Assembly (NCBI GenBank): GCA_963814375.1
Contig: CAWFCQ010000004.1
Span: 32,001 to 96,000, forward strand
Direction of reading: 5' to 3'
From: an uncultured Chloroflexia bacterium
Lineage (GTDB): Bacteria; Chloroflexota; Limnocylindria; QHBO01
Length of the DNA: 64,000 nucleotides
This document shows, in pieces, positions 10,629-21,835 of the stretch. The translations under genes were made by a program, and so were the position numbers. The notes under the pieces were generated by a model that saw nothing but the letters and a program-made list of their open reading frames with translations, was not told the origin of the DNA and did not search any database. The number at the start of each line of letters is the position of its first letter. The first letter of the stretch is position 1.

Positions 10629-11318
10629 CTAGCCGGCGGGCGGCCCGGGCCCTCCGTTTGGCTCAGGCGAGCGGCCATAGTGAGCTCTGGCGAACTCGTC
10701 GATCGCATCGATGTCGGCCGTCTCGAGCTCGAGGAGCCAGCGCCAGGCCGTCACCACGACCGGCGCGGGCAGAGGGTCGGCGCCACCCCATGGGCTGAGG
10801 ATGAACTTGTAGCGACCGCTGATGCCGGAGGCCGTCTGGGTCTCGACGTACTGGGCCAGCGTCGCGACCTCATCGGCGCTGAGCGCGTCGGGGTCGTACC
10901 AGATGACGATCCCGCCATGCTCGAGATTGTGGATGAGCTGTGTCTCTTCCTGCGGCGTCGTGTAGACGCCCCAGTTGGCGACGCCGCTCGGGTCCCAGTG
11001 CGGACCGGATGTAGCGGGCAGCGAGGAGTACGGGTTGCCGTCGAGCCCGCAGCTCGGCGGATTGGATCGGCACGACGCGCCGACCTCGACGTGAGCGCTG
11101 CCGTCATCGGGCTGGAGGACGCCCTCGTTCGGGTTCGGCGACGACCCGAAGAGGAGCACGAGGGCGACGATGATCGCGCCCACCACGAGCAGCCCGCCGA
11201 TGGCCAGCAGCCGCCAATCGGGCAGCGACGATCCGCCGCCCGCGTCGAGAGGCCGGTTCATTGCCGCGGCGCTGGCGCGCTCGCGCCGCTGGATGCCCGA
11301 GGTCCGCTTCTTGGCCAT
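10629..11318 (-). CDS. DUF3105-like membrane-anchored extracellular protein
   Basis: Single TM helix followed by YSSLPATSGPHW, LIHNLEHGGIVIWY and VVTAW motifs. Confidence 0.8.
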   Translation of the reverse strand: MAKKRTSGIQRRERASAAAMNRPLDAGGGSSLPDWRLLAIGGLLVVGAIIVALVLLFGSSPNPNEGVLQPDDGSAHVEVGASCRSNPPSCGLDGNPYSSLPATSGPHWDPSGVANWGVYTTPQEETQLIHNLEHGGIVIWYDPDALSADEVATLAQYVETQTASGISGRYKFILSPWGGADPLPAPVVVTAWRWLLELETADIDAIDEFARAHYGRSPEPNGGPGPPAG

Positions 11319-11440
11319 TGGCGCGGAAGGATAGCCGAGGATTCCGATGTGCGCGGATGGCACCGTATGTGCTCGTTGGTAGAATCTCGATCCCAGTCGC
11401 GCCGCCGGTGCGCGCGCCACGTTGACGACCCGGAGGTGCC

Positions 11441-11854
11441 ATGACCACAGGCGACGCCCCCCGCCGCCGACAGAGTGCCTTCACGCTTGTGCGGCGGCTG
11501 GCATCCGGCACCGTGGAGCTCGGGAGGCTCGAGGCGCTACGCGGGCGCCAGGAAGTTACCGAGAACGTTGTCCAGTACCGGACCGGCGTGGTTCAGCTGG
11601 CGATCGCGTTCGGATTCGTCATCCTTGCCGTGATCGTCCTTCAGATCCTCCTGATCTTCATCATCGCCGAGCTCACCGGCATCCGCCCATGGGTGATCGC
11701 GCTGATCATCCTGGCGATCCACCTCTCGGTGGCCGCATTCGTCGGCTGGCGCGGGCTCAAGAAGATCCAGGAAGCGAAGTTCGTTCCCGAGGAGACCATC
11801 GAAGCCGTGAAGGAGGACGTCGAGTGGGCGAAACGCTTGCTGAGACGCGGGTAG
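11441..11854 (+). CDS. Holin-X / DUF1469-like two-TM membrane protein
   Basis: GGAGG RBS, two TM helices, C-terminal PEETIEAVKEDVEW motif. Confidence 0.75.
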   Translation: MTTGDAPRRRQSAFTLVRRLASGTVELGRLEALRGRQEVTENVVQYRTGVVQLAIAFGFVILAVIVLQILLIFIIAELTGIRPWVIALIILAIHLSVAAFVGWRGLKKIQEAKFVPEETIEAVKEDVEWAKRLLRRG

Positions 11855-12501
11855 CCATCGAGGCCAAGCGGGCCGAGCTCGACCTGACGTCGGAGCAGCT
11901 CCGTGATGCGCTCGACGTGCGCAAGCGGTTCCGGGAGAACCCCGTCCCGTTCGTGCTGGCCGGCGCCGGTGTGGTCTTCATCGTGGTCGGCGGGCCGGGC
12001 CGTGTCGTCGGGCTCGTCCGACGTCGGTTCTTCCCAACGGATCCGGAGAAGGCATACGACTCGCTGCCGAAGCCGATGCAGACCTGGATCGACCACATGA
12101 CGGACAGGCTCGGGCCGCGAACGGGAGAGGCGCGTCACGTCCTTGCCGAGGAGCTCATGCGGTGGCGCAGCGACCCGCGCAAGCACGGCAAGATCAGCAA
12201 GAAGCTGGCGAAGCAGATCGCCGAGGGTCCGCCCGGCCCGAAGCGGGCCGTGTGGCAGGCGTTCGAGGCCGGCGCCGCGGTCATCACCGCCGCCCTGGCG
12301 CGTAAGGCCGTCGAGCGCTTCCTCTCGGGCGAGCCGCCGTCCGGCATCACCGCGCTCGATGCCGCCGGCACGGCGGGCGGCGCCGCGAAGCCGGATGAGC
12401 CGAAGTCCGGTGATCCGACAGTGCCGGTGCGGCGCCCGAGCACGCGCGTCCCGCGCCCGTCGAGCCCTCCGGACGTGACGACACCTGCGAACGTGCCCTG
12501 A
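11824..12501 (+). CDS. DUF3618-like protein
   Basis: GTG after AAGGAGG. GETLAETRVAIEAKRAELDLT..QL..ALD then a hydrophobic segment, in the usual position downstream of holin-X. Confidence 0.6.
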   Translation: MGETLAETRVAIEAKRAELDLTSEQLRDALDVRKRFRENPVPFVLAGAGVVFIVVGGPGRVVGLVRRRFFPTDPEKAYDSLPKPMQTWIDHMTDRLGPRTGEARHVLAEELMRWRSDPRKHGKISKKLAKQIAEGPPGPKRAVWQAFEAGAAVITAALARKAVERFLSGEPPSGITALDAAGTAGGAAKPDEPKSGDPTVPVRRPSTRVPRPSSPPDVTTPANVP

Positions 12502-12568
12502 CGCGCGCGGCGGCCATGCCGGCCGGCGGTTGGTAGACTCAGCGCCGGCCCGCCGCGCAGACCGACTC

Positions 12569-12652
12569 GGGCGAGTGGCGGAACGGCAGACGCGCCGGCT
12601 TTAGGAGCCGGTGTCGCAAGACGTGCGAGTTCGAATCTCGCCTCGCCCACCA
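12569..12652 (+). tRNA. tRNA-Leu(UAG)
   Basis: GGGCGAGTGGCGGAACGGCAGACGCG CCGGC-TTTAGGA-GCCGG, long variable arm, GTTCGAATC, CCA end. TAGACT -10 upstream. Confidence 0.96.
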
Positions 12653-12671
12653 TCACGAACCAGGAGCTGAC

Positions 12672-14042
12672 TTGGTCACCGTATCCACGCGACCCGAGCC
12701 GGGCTCGAAGATGGTCCTCGAGATCGAGGTGCCGTCGGACGAGGTCGACCGCCACTTCGCGACCGCCTATCGCCATGTCTCCGAGCGCACTCGCGTGCCC
12801 GGCTTCCGGCCCGGGAAGGCGCCGCGCCAGGTCATCGATCGGTTCGTGGGACGCGGGAGCGTGTTGGCGGAGGCGATCGAGCACCTCGTCAGCGACTCGT
12901 ACGACAAGGCGCTCGACCAGACCGACCTGATCCCGATCGACCAGCCCGATGTCGACATCGACCCCGCCTCCCTGGCCGAGGGCCAGGCAATCACATTCAC
13001 GGCGACCGTCCCGGTCCGTCCCGAGGTCGAGCTCGGCTCCTACGCCGACTTCCCGTTCAGCCTCGAGACGCCCGAGGTCACCGACGAGCAGGTGAGCCAG
13101 GTGATCGAGGAGCTGCGTGAGCAGCAGGCGACGCTGCGACCGATCGACGGACGCGCCGCCCAGGCCGGCGACATCGCCAGCGTGAAGTTCGTGGGCACCA
13201 TCGATGGTGAGCCGTTCGAGGGAGGCAGCGCCGACCGCATGCCGCTCGTCATCGGCGAGAACCGCATGATCGCCGGCTGGGAAGAACACCTCGTCGGGCT
13301 CGAGATCGGCGGCACGACCGGCTTCGACATCACCTTCCCCGACGACTACCGCGTCGAGGAGCTGCGCGCCAAGCCCGCCCACTTCGAGGTCGAGCTGCTC
13401 GACCTGCGCGAGAAGCTGCTGCCGGAGGTGAACGACGAGTTCGCCGCATCGGTCAGCGAGGTCGGGACCATGGATGAGCTGCGGACCGAGATCCGCGACG
13501 CGATGGAGCAGCGGGCCGCGGCTGAGGCACGCCACAGCTTCGGCGACCGGATCATCGACTTCGCCACGAGCAATGCCAACGTCGAGCTTCCGGAGGTGAT
13601 GGTCGCCAACGAGGTCGAGATCATGCGCGACGAGCTGAGCACGCGGCTGGCGCAGCAGCGCATCGGTCTGGAGCAGTACCTCGCGATGGCGAAGCAGACG
13701 CCCGAGGAGCTTGCCACCGAGCTACGCGAGCCGGCGACCCGGCGGGTGAAGACCCTCCTGGTCCTCTCGGCCATCGCCGAGAAGGAAGGGATCGACGCCA
13801 GCGACGCGCAGATCGAGGCCGAGATCGCCGACCAGCTGGCCCGCTACGAGGACGATGCCCGCCTGCGCGAGTACCTCACCTCCCGTCGCGGCCGGGCCTA
13901 CCTGCGCATGACGATCCGCAACCGTACACTGGTCGAAACGCTCATCGAACGAGCCCTCGGGACCGATGTGCCACGCGCCGCGGACCCCGAACCCGAACCC
14001 GTGACCGCAGAATCCACCGAGCAGCCCAAGGAGCCCGAATAA
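12672..14042 (+). CDS. tig: Trigger factor
   Basis: PGFRPGKAP ribosome-binding motif, FKBP-like GTIDGEPFEGG and TFPDDY. AGGAG RBS, TTG start. Confidence 0.95.
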   Translation: MVTVSTRPEPGSKMVLEIEVPSDEVDRHFATAYRHVSERTRVPGFRPGKAPRQVIDRFVGRGSVLAEAIEHLVSDSYDKALDQTDLIPIDQPDVDIDPASLAEGQAITFTATVPVRPEVELGSYADFPFSLETPEVTDEQVSQVIEELREQQATLRPIDGRAAQAGDIASVKFVGTIDGEPFEGGSADRMPLVIGENRMIAGWEEHLVGLEIGGTTGFDITFPDDYRVEELRAKPAHFEVELLDLREKLLPEVNDEFAASVSEVGTMDELRTEIRDAMEQRAAAEARHSFGDRIIDFATSNANVELPEVMVANEVEIMRDELSTRLAQQRIGLEQYLAMAKQTPEELATELREPATRRVKTLLVLSAIAEKEGIDASDAQIEAEIADQLARYEDDARLREYLTSRRGRAYLRMTIRNRTLVETLIERALGTDVPRAADPEPEPVTAESTEQPKEPE

Positions 14043-14045
14043 CCG

Positions 14046-14711
14046 ATGCTCGTGCCGATGGTGATCGAGTCGAGCGCCCGTGGCGAGCGCGCGTTCGACA
14101 TCTACTCGCGGCTCCTCAAGGACCGCATCATCTTCCTGGGTGATGCCGTCGAGGACAACGTCGCCAACCTGATCATCGCCCAGCTGCTCTTCCTCGAGTC
14201 GGAGGACCCGGAGAAGGACATCCAGCTCTACATCAACTCGCCGGGCGGAGTGGTCACCTCGGGGCTCGCGATCTACGACACCATGCAGTACCTGCGTGCC
14301 CCCGTCAGCACGATCTGCATCGGCCAGGCAGCCTCGATGGGCGCGGTGCTGCTGGCGGCCGGCGCAACCGGCAAGCGCTACGCGCTGCCGAACAGCCGGA
14401 TCATGATCCACCAAGGCTCATCGGGCTTCCGGGGCAACACCCCGGACGTCGAGATCCAGATGCGCGAGAACCTGCATCTCGTGAATCGGCTGCTCGAGAT
14501 CCTGGCCGAGCACACCGGTCAGTCGACCGAGAAGGTCAAGGCCGATTCGGACCGCGACTACTTCATGAGCCCGGACGAGGCCAAGGCATACGGCCTCATC
14601 GACGAGGTCTTCGCCGGCAACAACGAGTCGCTCATCAGCCTCGCGCAGGCCAAGGGCGGGGAGATGCCGACGGCCGAGGAAGCCGCCGAGGCCGACAAGG
14701 TCAAGAAGTAG
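14046..14711 (+). CDS. clpP: ATP-dependent Clp protease proteolytic subunit
   Basis: [26 protein letters not shown] (Ser), RIMIHQ (His). Confidence 0.97.
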   Translation: MLVPMVIESSARGERAFDIYSRLLKDRIIFLGDAVEDNVANLIIAQLLFLESEDPEKDIQLYINSPGGVVTSGLAIYDTMQYLRAPVSTICIGQAASMGAVLLAAGATGKRYALPNSRIMIHQGSSGFRGNTPDVEIQMRENLHLVNRLLEILAEHTGQSTEKVKADSDRDYFMSPDEAKAYGLIDEVFAGNNESLISLAQAKGGEMPTAEEAAEADKVKK

Positions 14712-14741
14712 CCGGCCGAGCCTCTCGCGGTTCGGCCAGGC

Positions 14742-14883
14742 GTCCGGATTCACACCCGGCGGGCGTTATGCCGTTGCCGAGCTCCTGAAGGGTCCGCATT
14801 CACACCCAGTGGGCGCCGGGCGGCTCACCCGACGGTTCGGAACCCGCAACGCGGCCTTACGCCCATCCCACGTGAATCCGGAC
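14742..14883. repeat. Three copies of a 25-bp intergenic repeat (two direct, one inverted)
   Basis: GTCCGGATTCACACCCGGCGGGCGT (14742-14766), GTCCGCATTCACACCCAGTGGGCGC (14792-14816) and reverse-strand GTCCGGATTCACGTGGGATGGGCGT (14859-14883). Confidence 0.75.
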
Positions 14884-14897
14884 CGAGCCATCCGCCT

Positions 14898-15386
14898 TCA
14901 CGGCACGTGGTGGCCCTCCGCCGCGAGCAGCCGCCGCTTGAGCCGATCGTCGCCGCCCCAGCCCGACCAGCCGTCGGCGGCCCGCACGACCCGGTGGCAG
15001 GGCACGGCCGGGAAGAGCGGACAGCGCGACATCGCGTTCCCGACGGCCCGCGCGGCGCCGGGTGAGCCGATGAGCATCGCCACCTCGCCGTACGTGACCG
15101 TCTCGCCGGCGGGCACCGACCGCACCGCCTCGTAGGCCCGCGCGTCGAACGGCGCGAGCCCGCCCAGGTCGACCGGGGGCAGCGGCCCGCCTGCGAGCAC
15201 CGAGTCGAGCCACTCCGTATCGAGGTCGGCCGGCTCGGGACGGGCGTCGGGGAAGCGTCGTCGCAGGTCGTCGAGGAAGGGCTCGAGGGCGTCGGCGCGG
15301 CTGATCGCGGCGATGCCACCATCGGTCTCCGCCACCCACATCGGCCCGATGGAGCTCTCGAGGCGAGCGAAGCGAAGCGACGGCAT
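14898..15386 (-). CDS. ogt: Methylated-DNA--protein-cysteine methyltransferase
   Basis: [18 protein letters not shown] and PCHRV active site. TAGCAT lies 6 nt before the ATG. Confidence 0.92.
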   Translation of the reverse strand: MPSLRFARLESSIGPMWVAETDGGIAAISRADALEPFLDDLRRRFPDARPEPADLDTEWLDSVLAGGPLPPVDLGGLAPFDARAYEAVRSVPAGETVTYGEVAMLIGSPGAARAVGNAMSRCPLFPAVPCHRVVRAADGWSGWGGDDRLKRRLLAAEGHHVP

Positions 15387-15448
15387 CGGTCAATGCTAGG
15401 CGGCATGAGAGGGAGTGCTGGCAGGCCCGTGCTACCATCGGCCACCGA

Positions 15449-16755
<1,307 letters not shown>

Positions 16756-16759
<4 letters not shown>

Positions 16760-17340
16760 GACTCGTCCTCTGATTCGAGCGGCGGCAGGCCGCCGGCCCC
16801 GCGGCTGAGGTTGGTGGCGACGACGATCTGCCCGTTCGGTACGTTGTGGACGGTCCCGTCGGCACCGCGCAGCATCGTCCTTCGAAGGCTGAAGTCCTCG
16901 ACGATGCCCTCGACTCCCGCGATCCTGACCGCATCTCCCTGGCTGTACTGGTTCTCGAGCACCACGAAGATCCCCGCCAGCCAGTCCTTCACCAGTGTCT
17001 GCGCCCCGAGGCCGACCGCGATGCCCACGACTCCGAGCGTGGCCAGCGCCGGGCCGATGGCGATGCCGAACTGATCGAGCACCATCAGCACGGCGATCAC
17101 GATGATCACCCCCGCGCCGATCTGGATGAGCAGGCCGCCAACCGTGTTCACGCGGCGCTCCAGCTCGGCCTGCGGCAGGACCGTTTCCTCGGCCCGCGAT
17201 CGCCGATGCTCGACCAGGTGCCGCGTCCCGACGCCGATCACCGCGCGCAACACGAAGATGGCGACGATCGCGCTGACCGCGATGAGGCCGACGCGCAGAG
17301 CGAGATAGGCAGACGCTGGGGCCTCGGTCAGGTCGAACAT
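16756..17340 (-). CDS. Small-conductance mechanosensitive channel (short MscS)
   Basis: [42 protein letters not shown]. The protein ends after the beta domain. Confidence 0.85.
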
Positions 17341-17499
17341 GGAGGCGATGGTAGCAACCGAGCCGGGCAGTACCGGAGTCCTGCCGGTGCCCCGTACTTA
17401 GGGCGGCTGCAGATTTGGTATGGCCCGACGCTAGGATTGTGACCGGCCGCACCACCTGCGCGACGGTCGAACGGAACCACTCAGAGAGATCCGCGCATC

Positions 17500-18789
17500 A
17501 TGACCGCAAATCAGCGCCGACCGGGATTCCGTCTCCCGTGGTCTGCCGAGACCGGCGGGCCACCCGAGGAGAGCAAGACCGAGATGCCAGAGACCGCGAC
17601 CGACTCGACAGGGGCCGAGGCGCCCGAGGCGCCGGCCGCCGACGCCGCACCCGAGCCGCAGGCTGCCGCGGCATCCGAGGCCCATGACCCCGCCGCCTCG
17701 GCTGGGCAGGAGGCCGCCGTCGCGGATGCCGCAGACGCGGCCCCCGCCGAGGGTGGCGATGACTTCATGCGCGACCTCGTGGCCGCCATGCGCCGCGTCG
17801 CCGACGAGACGCGTGATACGGGGATCGCGGACCTGCACGCTCGAGCGGACGACCAGGTCCGCCAGCTGCACGAGGATGCCGAGCGCCGGCAGGCAGACCT
17901 GCGGACCGGCGCCGACACGGACGTCGCCGGCATCGGTGAGTGGGCGGCAACGGAAACCGAGCGCATCCGCCAGGAGGCGGAGCAGCGCGTCGTCGCTCGT
18001 CGATCGCAGCTCGAGGAGCAGCTCGCCGCCGACGCCAGCCATATCGAGAGCGAGGCGAAGGCGGTTCGCGATCGCGTCGCCGAGTACGAGCGACAGCTCG
18101 AGGCCTACCAGGCCCAGCTGAGTGAGATCAAGGACCCCGCTGAGTTCGCGGCGGCCGCGAAGCGGATGCCCAAGGCGCCCGCTTTGACCGATGCTTCCGC
18201 ATCAGCCACGGCTCCGGCGGCGCCCGCGCCAGCCGCAACGGCAGTAGCAGCCGCAGCCGAGCCGGTGGCCGCAGCCGATGTTTCGGCGCAGGTGCCGATG
18301 GAGGCAAGTGCGGTTTCGTCCAACGGAGTGGAGGCCCAGGCCGCCGAGGTGCATCCGGCCGAGGAAGAGGTCCTCGCGGCGCAGCCCGTCGAGCCCGATG
18401 CAGCGACGGCGAGCCAGGAAGCCGCTTCGCCCGATACGACTGCCGCCGAGCCGGTTGCCGCGGCCGAGCCGGCCGCCGTTGAGCCCGCGGAAGACACGGA
18501 GTCGGGGACGGCCCCGGCGGTCGCCGCGGAGCAGACCACCACCGAGGTCGTCGTCAAGGGCCTTGGCAGCTTTGGAGCGATCACCGGATTCCGCCAGGCG
18601 CTCTCGAGCGTCGAGGGCATCGACAGCGTCGCTCTCAGCCTGGGGCAGACCGGCGAGTTCGTCTTCCGCGCCACCCACGCGACCGGGTTCGACGTCCGCG
18701 GCGCGATCACGTCGCTCGAGGGCGACGGCGCAAACGTGGAGGATCGTCCGGAGGGCGGCCTGCGCGTGACGCTGGAGCGCGCCCGCTAG
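17500..18789 (+). CDS. Hypothetical acidic coiled-coil protein with small C-terminal alpha/beta domain
   Basis: Long ORF with high-GC codon pattern. Helical E/A/R-rich centre, Ala/Pro/Glu linkers, globular tail TTEVVVKGLGSFGAITGFRQALSSVEGIDSV. Confidence 0.75.
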   Translation: MTANQRRPGFRLPWSAETGGPPEESKTEMPETATDSTGAEAPEAPAADAAPEPQAAAASEAHDPAASAGQEAAVADAADAAPAEGGDDFMRDLVAAMRRVADETRDTGIADLHARADDQVRQLHEDAERRQADLRTGADTDVAGIGEWAATETERIRQEAEQRVVARRSQLEEQLAADASHIESEAKAVRDRVAEYERQLEAYQAQLSEIKDPAEFAAAAKRMPKAPALTDASASATAPAAPAPAATAVAAAAEPVAAADVSAQVPMEASAVSSNGVEAQAAEVHPAEEEVLAAQPVEPDAATASQEAASPDTTAAEPVAAAEPAAVEPAEDTESGTAPAVAAEQTTTEVVVKGLGSFGAITGFRQALSSVEGIDSVALSLGQTGEFVFRATHATGFDVRGAITSLEGDGANVEDRPEGGLRVTLERAR

Positions 18790-18838
18790 GGACACGAGCG
18801 CCGCAGTGGCCTGGGCGCCGATGGTAGACTCGGCGCTC

Positions 18839-19047
18839 GGCATTGACCGTGAGGAGTACCCCTCCGCCCGGCCGCAGCAGAGAGGCGAGTCACTGGCTGA
18901 GAGCTCGCCGCGGACAGCGAGGGAGAAGGTCGCACGCGAGCGCGACGGGTCCGCCCGATAACGCGGAGATGAGGCGGTCGCGGCAGGCGATCGTGAACGA
19001 AGGTGGTACCACGGCCCGTTCGTCCTTCGACGAGCGGGCTTTGTGTG
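18839..19047 (+). promoter_or_regulatory. T-box riboswitch (Val, transcription antitermination type)
   Basis: AGTA (18855), GCTGAGA (18896), specifier GTC=Val (18929-18931), T-box AAGGTGGTACCACGG (19000-19014), overlapping terminator. Lies upstream of valS, with a TAGACT promoter at 18825. Confidence 0.9.
19014..19047 (+). terminator. T-box intrinsic terminator
   Basis: GCCCGTTCGTC-CTTC-GACGAGCGGGC hairpin followed by TTTGTGTG. Confidence 0.8.
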
Positions 19048-19069
19048 TGATCGAGCGAGGAGTCGACCC

Positions 19070-21739
19070 ATGACGACGCGACGCGAGCTGGCCGCGCGCT
19101 ACGACGCCGCCGCGGTCGAATCGGGCATCTACCAGCGCTGGCTGGACGCCGACGCCTTCGCACCGGCTCGCACGCCTCCACCCGACGCGGAGCGGTTCGT
19201 CATCATCCAGCCGCCACCCAACGTGACGGGAGCGCTCCACATCGGCCATGCGCTGGTCGCGACGATCGAGGACACCCTCATCCGCTACCACCGCATGCGT
19301 GGCGACGACACCCTGTGGCTGCCGGGCGTCGACCACGCCAGCATCGGCGCGCAGTTCGTCCTCGATCGGATCATCGCCGAGGAGGGCGAGTCGCGCGCGT
19401 CGCTCGGGCGAGAGCGGTATCTCGAGCGGATGCATCGGTTCATGGACGAGACACGCCACATCATCGGGACCCAGCATCGACGGTTGGGCGCCAGCGTCGA
19501 CTGGAGCCGCGAGCGCTTCACGATGGACGACGGCTCGGCACGCGCCGTCCGCGTCGCCTTCAAGCGCCTCTGGGACGCCGGCCTCGTCTACCGCGGCGAG
19601 GCGCTGGTCAACTGGTGCCCGCGGTGCCTCACCACGATCAGCGACCTGGAGAACGTCCATCGTGATGAGACGGGCACGCTGTGGACGATCCGCTATCACC
19701 TCGAGCGACCCGATGGCAGGCCCGATCCCGACGCCTGGATCTCGGTCGCGACCACGCGGCCCGAGACGCTGCTGGGCGACACGGCCGTGGCCGTGCACCC
19801 CGACGACGATCGGTATCGAGCGCTTGTCGGCAGGCATGCCATCCTGCCGTTCCTGGGCCGGCGCCTGCCGATCGTCGCGGACGATCACGTCGACCGCACC
19901 TTCGGAACCGGTGCGGTCAAGATCACGCCGGCCCACGATCCGGACGACTACGAGCTCGCCAAGCGGCACGACCTGCCGGCCATCAACGTCCTCGACCCCG
20001 ACGCGCGAATCAACGCCGAGGGTGGCGACTTCTTCGGGCGTGACCGGTATGAGGCGCGAGAGGCGATCCTGGACCGGCTGCGCGACATGGGCGACCTGGA
20101 GGCCGAGCGCCCGCACCAGATGGTGATCGGGCACTGCGACCGCTGCGGGACGGTGGTCGAGCCGCGCCTGAGCGTGCAGTGGTTCATTCGTGTCAAGTCA
20201 CTGGCCGACCGCGCGCTCGCATCGGTCCGGGAGGGTCGCACGCACATCGTTCCCGCCCACTTCGAGAAGGTCTACGCCCACTGGATGGAGAACATCCACG
20301 ACTGGGCGGTCGGCCGCCAGCTGTGGTGGGGACATCGCATCCCCGCCTGGTTCTGCCCGGACGGACACGTCACCGTCACCGATGCCGAGGGAGGCCCGGA
20401 GGACTGTGCCGAGTGCGGGCGGCCGGCTTCCGAGCTGACCCAGGAGAACGACATCTTCGACACCTGGTTCAGCTCTGGGCTGTGGCCGTTCAGCACCCTC
20501 GGCTGGCCGGATGCGACGCCGGATATGGCGCGGTTCTATCCCACCAGCGTCATGGAGACCGGCTACGACATCCTCTTCTTCTGGGTCGCGCGAATGATGA
20601 TGCTCGGGCTGTTCCTCACTGACACCGAGCCGTTCCACACCGTCTACCTCCACGGGATGATCCGCGCCGAGGGCGGCGTGAAGATGAGCAAGACGAAGGG
20701 CAACACGATCGACCCGCTCGGGCTCGTCGACGACATCGGAGCCGACGCGCTTCGCTTCGCGCTGGTCAGTGGGTCGGCGCCAGGGAGCGACCAGCGCCTC
20801 ACCCAGTCGAAGCTCGACGGCGGCCGGAACTTCTCCAACAAGCTGTGGAACGCGGCCCGCTTCGTCCTCGCCAATCGCCCGGATGATTCCGGCTCGCCTG
20901 CAGATGCCACGCCGACCCTCGGCCAGCGCTGGATCCGTTCGCGGCTGGCCGTTGCGGTCGCGCAGGCAACGCGGCAGCTCGACGCTCTCGACATCGGCGC
21001 CTACACCGCGACCGTGTACGACGCCGCGTGGAGCGACTACTGCGACTGGTCGCTGGAGATGACGAAGGTCGACCTCCGTCGGACCGACGCCTCGGACGCC
21101 GACCGCATCACGGCGTGGCGGGCAGCGGCGGAGAACCTCGCGACCATCCTGCGCCTGCTCCATCCGCTCATGCCGTTCGTGACCGAGGAGATCTGGCAGG
21201 CGCTCGCCGATGCCGCTCCCTTCGCGACTGGCGATGAGCCCCTCCTCGCGCGCGCCGGCTGGCCCTCGACGGCGGAGCGTGACGAGGCAGCCGAGCGCGA
21301 GTTCGACGACCTGGCGATCCTCGTGCGCGGCATTCGCAACCTCCGGACCGAGGCCGGGATGCCGGCCGGCGCATGGGTACCCATCGGCGTCGCCCCCATC
21401 GATTCGGCCGCGGCGGCCCGGATCGAGGCGGCACGGGGCTATCTCGAGGGCCTGGCCCGCGTTCGCCCGGTCGACATTCGTGCGGAGGGGGACCGTCCCG
21501 CGCTCGTCGCCGCCAGCCCACTGGGCGCAGCGTGGCTCGACACCGAGATCGCCGCCGACGGGGAGGCCGGGAGCCGCCGCGCATCGCAGATCGAGGAGCT
21601 CGAGCGGAACATCGAGCGCGTCGGGCAGCTGCTCGCCAACGAGGCGTTCGCGTCGAAGGCTCCGAGCGAGGTCGTCGATCGCGAGCGCGCTCGGCTGGCC
21701 GATCTCGAGGAGGAGCGCCGGCAGCTGCTATCCGAGTAG
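19070..21739 (+). CDS. valS: Valine--tRNA ligase
   Basis: PPPNVTGALHIGH, ATTRPETLLGD, RQLWWGHRIP, KMSKT, C-terminal coiled coil F..KAP.EVV. GAGGAG RBS. Confidence 0.97.
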   Translation: MTTRRELAARYDAAAVESGIYQRWLDADAFAPARTPPPDAERFVIIQPPPNVTGALHIGHALVATIEDTLIRYHRMRGDDTLWLPGVDHASIGAQFVLDRIIAEEGESRASLGRERYLERMHRFMDETRHIIGTQHRRLGASVDWSRERFTMDDGSARAVRVAFKRLWDAGLVYRGEALVNWCPRCLTTISDLENVHRDETGTLWTIRYHLERPDGRPDPDAWISVATTRPETLLGDTAVAVHPDDDRYRALVGRHAILPFLGRRLPIVADDHVDRTFGTGAVKITPAHDPDDYELAKRHDLPAINVLDPDARINAEGGDFFGRDRYEAREAILDRLRDMGDLEAERPHQMVIGHCDRCGTVVEPRLSVQWFIRVKSLADRALASVREGRTHIVPAHFEKVYAHWMENIHDWAVGRQLWWGHRIPAWFCPDGHVTVTDAEGGPEDCAECGRPASELTQENDIFDTWFSSGLWPFSTLGWPDATPDMARFYPTSVMETGYDILFFWVARMMMLGLFLTDTEPFHTVYLHGMIRAEGGVKMSKTKGNTIDPLGLVDDIGADALRFALVSGSAPGSDQRLTQSKLDGGRNFSNKLWNAARFVLANRPDDSGSPADATPTLGQRWIRSRLAVAVAQATRQLDALDIGAYTATVYDAAWSDYCDWSLEMTKVDLRRTDASDADRITAWRAAAENLATILRLLHPLMPFVTEEIWQALADAAPFATGDEPLLARAGWPSTAERDEAAEREFDDLAILVRGIRNLRTEAGMPAGAWVPIGVAPIDSAAAARIEAARGYLEGLARVRPVDIRAEGDRPALVAASPLGAAWLDTEIAADGEAGSRRASQIEELERNIERVGQLLANEAFASKAPSEVVDRERARLADLEEERRQLLSE

Positions 21740-21835
21740 GCGCCAGACGCCCGCCGCCGATGGGGCCATGGCGGCTGCCTCCGGGGTGACTGCTAGAATC
21801 GGCCGCGCTCTCACAGTTGGATAACGCCCCCGATC

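Noticed and set aside
10506-12652. Prophage or island between two tRNAs because of a holin-like gene
   Set aside because: No integrase, att duplication or phage genes are present. Holin-X/DUF3618 pairs are common chromosomal genes, and both tRNAs point away from the segment.
14742-14883. Mini-CRISPR interpretation of the 25-bp repeats
   Set aside because: Only two direct copies exist, they are degenerate, and the third is inverted. Kept as a REP/MITE-like finding instead.
18170-18500. Local drop in GC3 suggesting a foreign insert
   Set aside because: It stays in frame and corresponds to a fast-evolving Ala/Pro/Glu linker of the 17500-18789 protein.
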